Shown here one piece after another: positions 1-7,839 of a stretch of DNA of 32,000 nt. The stretch is from assembly GCA_030149205.1 (NCBI GenBank), contig JASBSB010000007.1, positions 1-32,000 of the forward strand. Reading direction: 5' to 3'. Within the stretch, counting starts at the first letter, position 1. Each line of letters opens with the position of its first letter. This DNA is from Candidatus Heimdallarchaeota archaeon (GTDB taxonomy: Archaea > Asgardarchaeota > Heimdallarchaeia > Heimdallarchaeales > Kariarchaeaceae). Made by a program: the position numbers and the translations under genes. The notes beneath the pieces are model-generated. The model was not told the origin of the DNA and made no database searches. It worked only from the letters and a program-made list of their open reading frames with translations.

Positions 1-8
1 GGGGGGAT

Positions 9-1981
9 GTTTCAATCCCTAAAAGGGTTCTAGCACGATTGCAACATTGCCAAGATAGATCTTTTTGCCATCTGAGATAAGGTGTTTCAATCCCTAAAAG
101 GGTTCTAGCACGATTGCAACAAAATATGACTTATATGTACAAATATTAAATAAGTTCATGTTTCAATCCCTAAAAGGGTTCTAGCACGATTGCAACTGGG
201 CGGAGACCTCAAGCAGATAATTTCACAAGTCCAGTTTCAATCCCTAAAAGGGTTCTAGCACGATTGCAACTCTCTCATAGCTTCTTGACTCAGGACCCTG
301 AAGATCGTTTCAATCCCTAAAAGGGTTCTAGCACGATTGCAACAATTTATAATAAATTTGGCGTTGTTGTGTGATTAGTGTTTCAATCCCTAAAAGGGTT
401 CTAGCACGATTGCAACATAAGCTGACAATAAAGACAGTCGGAGACTGGCAGTAGTTTCAATCCCTAAAAGGGTTCTAGCACGATTGCAACTTCAGGGCAG
501 GGATGATGCCTTGAAGTTTGGGAAATCGTTTCAATCCCTAAAAGGGTTCTAGCACGATTGCAACATAAATTAAAAAAAAAACAAAAATATGGCATTACAA
601 GAGTTTCAATCCCTAAAAGGGTTCTAGCACGATTGCAACATGGCAAAGCACCCGTTGCCTGTGGATTGAAACAACAGTTTCAATCCCTAAAAGGGTTCTA
701 GCACGATTGCAACTGTCGGCCCTCTGTTTCTTTCAGGATCTTGTGCATATGTTTCAATCCCTAAAAGGGTTCTAGCACGATTGCAACCAAAAGCACGAAA
801 GAAACAGAACGGGAAACCAGAGGTAGTTTCAATCCCTAAAAGGGTTCTAGCACGATTGCAACCGTTGAAGTTTCCGAACTTATCAAAGGTGAACCATGTG
901 TTTCAATCCCTAAAAGGGTTCTAGCACGATTGCAACAGCATCCTTCCACCCCTGAACAAAATGAGCAGGGTGTTGTGTTTCAATCCCTAAAAGGGTTCTA
1001 GCACGATTGCAACGCTCCAAGTACAAGCAGGATCTTAAAAAGACCTGGAAGTTTCAATCCCTAAAAGGGTTCTAGCACGATTGCAACAGATGTCATTCTG
1101 GTTTCCTCCCTTTCTCTATCCACTGTTTCAATCCCTAAAAGGGTTCTAGCACGATTGCAACCACCCTGAAAACCGCTGTGTTTCAAGAATTTGACAAACG
1201 TTTCAATCCCTAAAAGGGTTCTAGCACGATTGCAACAACACAGTAAGCGGACTTATACGACAAAATGTACCAACGTTTCAATCCCTAAAAGGGTTCTAGC
1301 ACGATTGCAACCCTAAAAGGGCAGGAGAAATCAAAATGGAAAATCGAAGTTTCAATCCCTAAAAGGGTTCTAGCACGATTGCAACTTTGTGGGGAAACAG
1401 TGGGTGAGGGCAATTGGTTCTAGTTTCAATCCCTAAAAGGGTTCTAGCACGATTGCAACCACAACATCTGCCCAAAGTGTGAAGATGAGGTTTTAACGTT
1501 TCAATCCCTAAAAGGGTTCTAGCACGATTGCAACTTTAGTATTTGATTTCATTCTTTGAATTTCGTCTGTTGGTTTCAATCCCTAAAAGGGTTCTAGCAC
1601 GATTGCAACCAACCACCTGAATTTCCTTCCCCTCTGGGAAGTAATCGTTTCAATCCCTAAAAGGGTTCTAGCACGATTGCAACTATTTAACTTCATCACC
1701 CCCCGCCGAAGGTGTGGCAGGTTTCAATCCCTAAAAGGGTTCTAGCACGATTGCAACGTTCCCTCATCCACTGCTCATGCTTTTCCTGCTCATACGTTTC
1801 AATCCCTAAAAGGGTTCTAGCACGATTGCAACGTTGGTGTGGAAGGATGGAATGCAGTGAGTGCGGCTGGTTTCAATCCCTAAAAGGGTTCTAGCACGAT
1901 TGCAACATGACAGTGCTGAGGTTGGTTTTCCAGTGTTGTACAATGTTTCAATCCCTAAAAGGGTTCTAGCACGATTGCAAC
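9..1981 (-). CRISPR. CRISPR array 1: 27 repeats and 26 complete spacers (36-40 nt) in the window; probably continues beyond the left edge
   Basis: An invariant 37-nt repeat, GTTTCAATCCCTAAAAGGGTTCTAGCACGATTGCAAC on +, runs from 9-45 to 1945-1981. Its minus strand ends in the canonical ATTGAAAC and contains a CCCT-TTT-AGGG stem-loop. The leader lies on the right, so transcription is on minus. Confidence 0.99.
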
Positions 1982-2107
1982 CGAGGCTATTTTTCCATAG
2001 GGAAGCCTTGTATTTATGTATTTCGATTTTCAAAATCGTGGAATCAGCGCGGTGGAATTTTCGATTTTTTTGCATTCTCAGACCCAGAGATAATAAAAGT
2101 AATTGCA
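1982..2107 (-). promoter_or_regulatory. CRISPR leader of array 1
   Basis: Abuts the last repeat. About 112/126 nt are identical to the reverse complement of 9099-9224. Contains a TATA-like ATAAATA (minus strand) and the palindrome CGATTTT-C-AAAATCG at 2024-2038. Confidence 0.92.
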
Positions 2108-2175
2108 TGGTATTTTGGGGGAAATTGTGCAAACACAAAGCTTGAAATATGCTCAAACCAGGTGGATGGTTTGGC

Positions 2176-2709
2176 TCAAGCAATCTTACAGACCCTCCGG
2201 TACTCACATGGGTAACATCGTCTCTTGTTTTCACAGGGTTTTGGGAGACTTCCATCGTCCATAAGCTGCTCAATCAGATCTCGTGTCTGTAAGACCTCTT
2301 GTTTGTTTTCCTCAGTTATAATAAGTTCAACGTGAAATCCCCCTTCTCTTCTTACCTCAACTGTTGTAACTGGTTTGTTAAAATGAGCCTCAGAGAGTAT
2401 TACATGAGATGCCAGTTGGACAAGATAACCCTTAGGTGTCGGAATGGGAATGCTGTGCTTGTATTCCACAACTCTTAGGTGGTCGGTATATTCAACAACT
2501 AGATCAACCACTGCTTTAAGTCGCAGGGATTGTATTTCAATGTAAAATTCTCTGTATGTTGCCAGTGAGTTTTTGTAGATGTATTGTTTGTCGCTCTTCC
2601 TCTTGTGAAACTCGGTTCCTTTGTCCATGAGATATGTTGGAGGTCTGGGGATCTTTGCAACATCTCTCCAGTAAATTTTCCGAGGGCAGTATAGGTACTG
2701 CCTAAGCAT
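2176..2709 (-). CDS. cas4: Cas4 nuclease (Fe-S, RecB-like); the start may be an in-frame ATA at 2721
   Basis: N-terminal MLRQYLYCPR Cys, VVDLVV..VVEYK nuclease motifs, QLASH, and C-terminal CENKRRCYPCEYRRVC Cys cluster. Lies directly downstream of cas2. Confidence 0.95.
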   Translation of the reverse strand: MLRQYLYCPRKIYWRDVAKIPRPPTYLMDKGTEFHKRKSDKQYIYKNSLATYREFYIEIQSLRLKAVVDLVVEYTDHLRVVEYKHSIPIPTPKGYLVQLASHVILSEAHFNKPVTTVEVRREGGFHVELIITEENKQEVLQTRDLIEQLMDDGSLPKPCENKRRCYPCEYRRVCKIA

Positions 2710-2720
2710 CTCTGCTGATA

Positions 2721-3527
2721 TCAGATGAGGACCACCTTTTTGTCTTCAAGGTCGAGAACAACCTTATGGGTCTTGGCTGAACGATTGTAACGTTTTGTCT
2801 TCGGTTGAAAGAGTACAGTTGAACTTGGAGAGAACTCCCTGTCAATAAGCAGTTCAGGTAAGACCTCAGGAGTCACAGTAATCGCAGTTTCAACACATTC
2901 GGCCAGTTTCTTTAGTACTTTTAATTTAGCGGTGCTGGGCAGGGTCTGCCCTTCAGATTGACTTTTTTTGTTTCCATGAGCTGTTTCTTCCATTTGTCCG
3001 GTGTTATCAGTGAGATTTGAGTCCCTCTTTTCTGAATGCTTATTGGTAACATCATCGTTTGCATTGTCTGGGATGAGCCCTGACTGAGGTTCTAATCCTT
3101 GTTCTTCGATTAACCTGTCCCCTGATCCTTTCTTAGATTGTGAATCATCCCCAGCTTCATTTTCTGAATTCTCTAATCCTACATCTGTTGAATGTTTATC
3201 TGAAATCGCTGTATGACCCTCCTGTGTTGCTTGGTCTTCATCACTGGTTTGGTTGGCATCTATGGTCTGACCTTCAATGAGTTCTGAGATTTGAAACTCT
3301 CGTTCTTTCGAAGCGCAGGTTTTACACTGGCGATAGAGGTTCATTAGATTCTCCCCTCCTTTCACAGTCTCAGAGAATTTCAGGCGTATTTCCTTAAGAT
3401 CCGCAGCCTTCAGATTTCCCTTGAAGACACTTTTTTGAACCCGTTGCATACCTTTAGCGATGAGAAAATCAGCGATCTGTGTTCTTGCAGAATTATCAGG
3501 TATGTCATAGGCGATGACCCAGAGCAC
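2721..3527 (-). CDS. cas2: Cas2 with a large acidic low-complexity insertion (268 aa, GTG start)
   Basis: VIAYDIPD...RVQKSVFKG are canonical Cas2 motifs and CKTC lies near aa 68-71. About 115 aa of S/E/D/Q/N/G-rich sequence follow, then a Cas2-like terminal strand (EDKKVVLI). Confidence 0.92.
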   Translation of the reverse strand: MLWVIAYDIPDNSARTQIADFLIAKGMQRVQKSVFKGNLKAADLKEIRLKFSETVKGGENLMNLYRQCKTCASKEREFQISELIEGQTIDANQTSDEDQATQEGHTAISDKHSTDVGLENSENEAGDDSQSKKGSGDRLIEEQGLEPQSGLIPDNANDDVTNKHSEKRDSNLTDNTGQMEETAHGNKKSQSEGQTLPSTAKLKVLKKLAECVETAITVTPEVLPELLIDREFSPSSTVLFQPKTKRYNRSAKTHKVVLDLEDKKVVLI

Positions 3528-3529
3528 TT

Positions 3530-6370
3530 TCAGTTAAACCTCCCTGTGTTGTAAATGTTAGGTGGAATTCTTAGGATTGACACGGATTTAAGTCTCTTCT
3601 TTGATTTGCAGACCTTTGAAAACCGGCTGGCTCCAGCGAAGATGGTTCTTCTAAGCTTGGTATCATCTTCATTTATGCTTTTGAAGAAAAAGGTGAGGAA
3701 TGATTTTTTCTCTCTTTTAGTGTGACTAAACATCTTGTTACTATACATTATGTTATTTGTGACTGGTATTTTTAGGGTTGCCTCAGCATAAATTTTGGAG
3801 GATGCTCGTGTAAAGCAGGCAATGAGTGGCGGAAGGTCTCTGAGAGAATATGTGTCATCTGAGAACTGTTCAACTGAGAACTGTTCGGATGAGAACTCTT
3901 CAGATGAGATCTGCTCAGATGTCCTCTTTGTGACCTCCAGGTTCTTAAGGAATTTTTGAATCTGTGATTTTTTGGATGGAATTGTCCTTTTGTTTGCTTT
4001 TGAGCTCTGAGTCTTCCTCGCCTGTTTTTCATTGTTTAACAGTTTTTTGATTTTATTTAAGAGGTAATAAAATCCGAGGTCTCTAAATGGGATCTCAAGC
4101 TCTTGCTGAATGTCCTTTGCAAGAGTGTTGATATACCCATTTCCATTGATCAGCAGTCCAGACAGCATGATCTCACTATCTGTGATAGACTGGAGAATTG
4201 AGTCACAAAGATTGATTAGTTCGAGATTCTTGAAACTCGAGTACACAGAGTAATAAAATTGGAGATTTTCATCATTGAGAATAGGTTCAGATGAGTGCGA
4301 GTTCTTATGCGGCTTAGGAAATGAATCAATGGTTAGGAGGAGCGTATGAAGGTTTTGTTGGTACCATTTAGTAAAAGCCCTGATATCTACCTCCTGACAT
4401 GTTAAACTAAGAAGTTCTAGCCCCAGTAGAGTCGACTTAAAGAAATCGGTTAGTTTTAAAAATCTATGTAGAACCAATGCTAAATCAGATGAAGAGCTTT
4501 CATCATTTTGGATATTGATTAATTCAGCATATACAGCAAGTTTGGTATCAAATTGAGAAATATTGGTAAGAAGAAGTGAAATGAAGTCTTCACCTATCTT
4601 TTCTATCTCAGGGCGGTCAGAAAACAGTTTACCAATGTTCTTCCAAATTCCTCTAAACATTCTCTTGATTTTCTTCTCATGAATCAGCGGTTTATACAAG
4701 ACCTGGTTAATCCTGGCCTGAGGTGAGCCATGTCCAAGTATCGGAACTATTGATCCAAATCTTCTTCCTTTCCTGATGAGATGTATCGGTAGTCCCTCAT
4801 AGGCGAGCAGTTTGACAGCAGAGGATGACAGGTCAGAAAGCGAGTCGATGAAAAAGACATCATCAAGGTATTTTAGTGAGACATGGTGTATATCTATTGG
4901 AGGAGGTACTGGTTCAGAAAAGTGTTCTTGAGCGAGTTCAGTGTAGTTAGAATTTTCTCCAATAATAAACTTTGCAGCCTCTGAAAGCATGATAGAAAAG
5001 GGTGGGAATTCCTTTTGGAGTGAGATAAGTTCTGTCTGCCCCCCAGGGAAACTAGAGCTTTCATTTGTTGATACCGATGAGATATAACTTCTTAATTGGA
5101 GTTCCTTATCTGAAGAAAATTCTCTGTATTGATTATCAGATTCTTTAATTTGTGAGTCAATGTGTGTTGTGGGAAATTTTCGCTTATCTTGGTCAGGGAG
5201 ATCCTGATTCTTCTCAATTTGGTGGATATCATTAGTCTCTGATGATGCATCAGACACGTTATTTGAAGTTTTATCTGAAATTGATTGATTTATATTTTTA
5301 TTATCTTCCTCAACACAGAGTTCTGGTGAATCCCTTAGTTCCTCAGGAGCATACCCCTTATTGTTGCTCTTTTCCAAATTCAGTTCTTCTTTTTCCTCTG
5401 ATTCCCTGGGGTTTTCTTGTCCATCTCTTTCACGGAGCATTCTTTCAATTGATAATTCTGCCAGCTTAAAGAATCTCTGGTATTGAGACATGTTCTTAAG
5501 TTCCTCATCGCTATAGAAGCGTTGGTTCTCATTTTCAGACAACTTAGTGTCATCACTATGGAACTCTCCCCTGTGTTTCCTGTTTTTTTCTTTATCAATT
5601 AGACTTGCAGCTTCATTTTTCTCATCACCTTTTTTATGAATTATGAAGAGATCTAAGCTTATCCAAGAAAAGTTTTCATTGGCGAATAGTTTAATTCTAT
5701 TCATAATTTTCTCGTGGGATTCATTTCTTGCAAAAAGCTTCAGAATTTCAGTATACTTAATTATGTGCACTTTTTTAGAAGAATCATGATTTATCTGTTT
5801 TGAATCCACATCTTTTTGATTGATTACATCTGTATTCTTCTCTAAATTTGTCTTCTTGTTGATAATGGCTTTTAATATCTCCCTGCGAACATGTATGAGC
5901 TCTTCTGATGAGTTAACAAATGAGTTAGCTGATGATTTGACTGTATCAACTGGTGAGTTAGCCGACGGGTTAACTACTGTATCAGATGATACCATACCGG
6001 AACTTCTTTGTGATATAAGTGGATCATCACTGTTCTGATTCCTTCCATTGTTGTTCTCAACTGTGTTTTCCTTGGTTTCTTCTTCAGAATTTGAATTAAG
6101 ATCCGTTGAAGCGTCTATAATGTTATTTTCAATTATGCTATTTTCAATTAAATTATCTTGTATATTCTTTTCTTCAAGAAAACTGTCTTCAATAAAATTA
6201 TCTTTAATATTCTTATCTTCTCCACTATGATTTACTGATACTGTTTTTTGGACTGTGGAGATTGAACTGAATCTCTCGCGAAGATGCTTTCTGCGTATTT
6301 TTGGCTTGATGTATAGAACCCCTCTACTGGTTCCCATCTGAGAGTCTTGAAGGATGACAAGTGACGTCAT
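3530..6370 (-). CDS. cas1: Giant (946 aa) Cas1-derived protein, predicted catalytically inactive, with a ~470-aa low-complexity insertion
   Basis: aa 1-24 and ~495-560 (VSLKYLDDVFFIDSLSDLSSSAVKLLAYEGLPIHLIRKGRRFGSIVP...QARINQ) resemble the Cas1 N-terminal domain. aa 718-764 align almost without gaps to the helical core of the Cas1 at 7840-8955. It occupies the cas1 position in a cas1-cas2-cas4 operon. Confidence 0.8.
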   Translation of the reverse strand: MTSLVILQDSQMGTSRGVLYIKPKIRRKHLRERFSSISTVQKTVSVNHSGEDKNIKDNFIEDSFLEEKNIQDNLIENSIIENNIIDASTDLNSNSEEETKENTVENNNGRNQNSDDPLISQRSSGMVSSDTVVNPSANSPVDTVKSSANSFVNSSEELIHVRREILKAIINKKTNLEKNTDVINQKDVDSKQINHDSSKKVHIIKYTEILKLFARNESHEKIMNRIKLFANENFSWISLDLFIIHKKGDEKNEAASLIDKEKNRKHRGEFHSDDTKLSENENQRFYSDEELKNMSQYQRFFKLAELSIERMLRERDGQENPRESEEKEELNLEKSNNKGYAPEELRDSPELCVEEDNKNINQSISDKTSNNVSDASSETNDIHQIEKNQDLPDQDKRKFPTTHIDSQIKESDNQYREFSSDKELQLRSYISSVSTNESSSFPGGQTELISLQKEFPPFSIMLSEAAKFIIGENSNYTELAQEHFSEPVPPPIDIHHVSLKYLDDVFFIDSLSDLSSSAVKLLAYEGLPIHLIRKGRRFGSIVPILGHGSPQARINQVLYKPLIHEKKIKRMFRGIWKNIGKLFSDRPEIEKIGEDFISLLLTNISQFDTKLAVYAELINIQNDESSSSDLALVLHRFLKLTDFFKSTLLGLELLSLTCQEVDIRAFTKWYQQNLHTLLLTIDSFPKPHKNSHSSEPILNDENLQFYYSVYSSFKNLELINLCDSILQSITDSEIMLSGLLINGNGYINTLAKDIQQELEIPFRDLGFYYLLNKIKKLLNNEKQARKTQSSKANKRTIPSKKSQIQKFLKNLEVTKRTSEQISSEEFSSEQFSVEQFSDDTYSLRDLPPLIACFTRASSKIYAEATLKIPVTNNIMYSNKMFSHTKREKKSFLTFFFKSINEDDTKLRRTIFAGASRFSKVCKSKKRLKSVSILRIPPNIYNTGRFN
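3860..3919. repeat. Four degenerate 15-nt tandem units (TGAGAACTGTTCxxx) encoding SEQIS/SEEFS/SEQFS/VEQFS
   Basis: Units start at 3860, 3875, 3890 and 3905, read directly from the sequence. Confidence 0.85.
6117..6221. repeat. Seven degenerate 15-nt tandem units encoding pentapeptides (IKDNF IEDSF LEEKN IQDNL IENSI IENNI)
   Basis: 15-nt periodicity, e.g. ATAATGTTATTTTCA / ATTATGCTATTTTCA / ATTAAATTATCTTGT. Confidence 0.75.
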
Positions 6371-7374
6371 TTTAGATTCACCTCATTTGAATGATCAGAT
6401 TTAGTTTGAATCATGGATGGGTGCAAAGGTTTTGAGGACAGTTCTTTAATCTTATGTGGAAACCTTTTCTGGGGTTCCTCATCTTTAGTATCCTCGATTT
6501 TTATCTCTGAGCTCCAGTACCTGAATGATTTTAGGGATACTGCAGCAAATTCATTCTGTTGAATGTGTAGTACCATCCAGTCTCCCTGAAGCCAAACTAT
6601 TGTGCCTTTTAATGTCAGGTTCTGAGAGGCTGTGACTGTCAAAACCTTTGCATCCTTTAGGTCTAAATCTGGGATAAGGTTTTGATGTGAAATCTCCAGG
6701 TTATACCGATGAGCGATCGATAAAAATATTTCACCTATCCTCTCAAACTTCTCTGCCACCTCAGAATTTGAAGTACTCTGAGCAAAGGACTCTCCCTTTT
6801 CATCTGTTGTTAGCCTATCTGGAACATTTAACTCATTAGAGAGATGATGCTCCAAAGCCAATGCAAATGGTAGCCCATCAATCTTTTGAAGTACCAATGC
6901 CTCATTCAACCCCTGTTCTACCAATCTTACGGTTTCTCCCCTGCTTCGTCGGCTTATACCCACCTTGAATCGGGAGTTAAATCTCCCAACATACAGGAGA
7001 TAAGATTGATGACAGGTCTCTCTGTTCTCATAATATCCACAGGGATAAAAATCATGAGTACACCATCCCACTTTTACAAGTTGGGAGTCAGGCTCTAAAT
7101 AATTGCATTTCTTGATCTCTAGGTATCTCTCATCATCATCCAGCTCAATGGATTGGCAATTTGAACAGACGTCCTCCTCTGATGGACCTAAACAGATCTC
7201 ACAGACATGCATTTTGGCCTTTAAGGAGATCCTGCTTCCAATTACAAGAATAACATGAAATGTGCTCTTTGTTTCCTCTAGATAACAGGTTAAAGTTGAA
7301 CGAAATGGAAAGAACGGAGAAAAATAATTCTCTTTCTCTTTTTCTACTGTGTATGAAGTGTCAAAAATTATCAA
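6367..7374 (-). CDS. DUF2797-family Cys-rich protein, putative GIY-YIG/T5orf172-like nuclease
   Basis: CEIC..CSNC and further Cys residues, then YLLYVGRFNSRFKVGISRR..VRLVEQG..A..L...E and C-terminal GTIVWLQGDWMVL, matching my recollection of the DUF2797 pattern. Its stop overlaps the next start (ATGA at 6367-6370). Confidence 0.75.
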   Translation of the reverse strand: MIIFDTSYTVEKEKENYFSPFFPFRSTLTCYLEETKSTFHVILVIGSRISLKAKMHVCEICLGPSEEDVCSNCQSIELDDDERYLEIKKCNYLEPDSQLVKVGWCTHDFYPCGYYENRETCHQSYLLYVGRFNSRFKVGISRRSRGETVRLVEQGLNEALVLQKIDGLPFALALEHHLSNELNVPDRLTTDEKGESFAQSTSNSEVAEKFERIGEIFLSIAHRYNLEISHQNLIPDLDLKDAKVLTVTASQNLTLKGTIVWLQGDWMVLHIQQNEFAAVSLKSFRYWSSEIKIEDTKDEEPQKRFPHKIKELSSKPLHPSMIQTKSDHSNEVNLK

Positions 7375-7747
7375 AGTTCCCGTCCCCCTTTTTTTAACAA
7401 TCTACTCAAGGAACCTTATATATGTTTCTCTCTGCGAAATCTACTTTGCTTTAAAAAACATGAAATACTTTCGGTTTCAGATATTTGCTGTTCAGATACT
7501 CTGCCAGCAGCTCATTTCTAGTATTATAGATAAAAAGATTACCTCAGATCTCCCCATGGTGTAACCTTCATATCATTTGTGAAGTAAATCAATCCCACTC
7601 TGTAAAATTTTACTGATCCACTGAAGAGGAAAGGGATGATATGGTCAAGGGTTGATTCGAATTAGCATAGATATAGGATAAGTGTTTAGAAAATTGAAAA
7701 TATGATAAGCTTAAGTAGCTCGAACACCTTTATCTTAAACATAAGTC

Positions 7748-7787
7748 CTTTCTTCATCAACTTTCTACTTTCTTCATCAACTTTCTA
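7748..7787. repeat. Perfect 2 x 20-nt tandem direct repeat (CTTTCTTCATCAACTTTCTA), putative operator upstream of the second cas1
   Basis: Identical units at 7748-7767 and 7768-7787, followed by TATA-like TTTATTAA at 7804-7811 and ATG at 7840. Confidence 0.85.
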
Positions 7788-7839
7788 TTTTGTTGCGCTA
7801 TCCTTTATTAAGCACCAAACTACCCTTATATACAAGGGG

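Noticed and set aside
464-2273. ORFs 464-646, 1712-1894, 1806-2273 and 1861-2145
   Set aside because: They are translations of CRISPR repeats, spacers and leader, with recurring CNRARTLLGIET / VSIPKRVLARLQ peptides.
4888-6298. The insertion in Cas1* as an intein, reverse transcriptase or mobile element
   Set aside because: I saw no intein splice-junction residues, LAGLIDADG or YxDD motifs, or terminal repeats. The composition is low-complexity.
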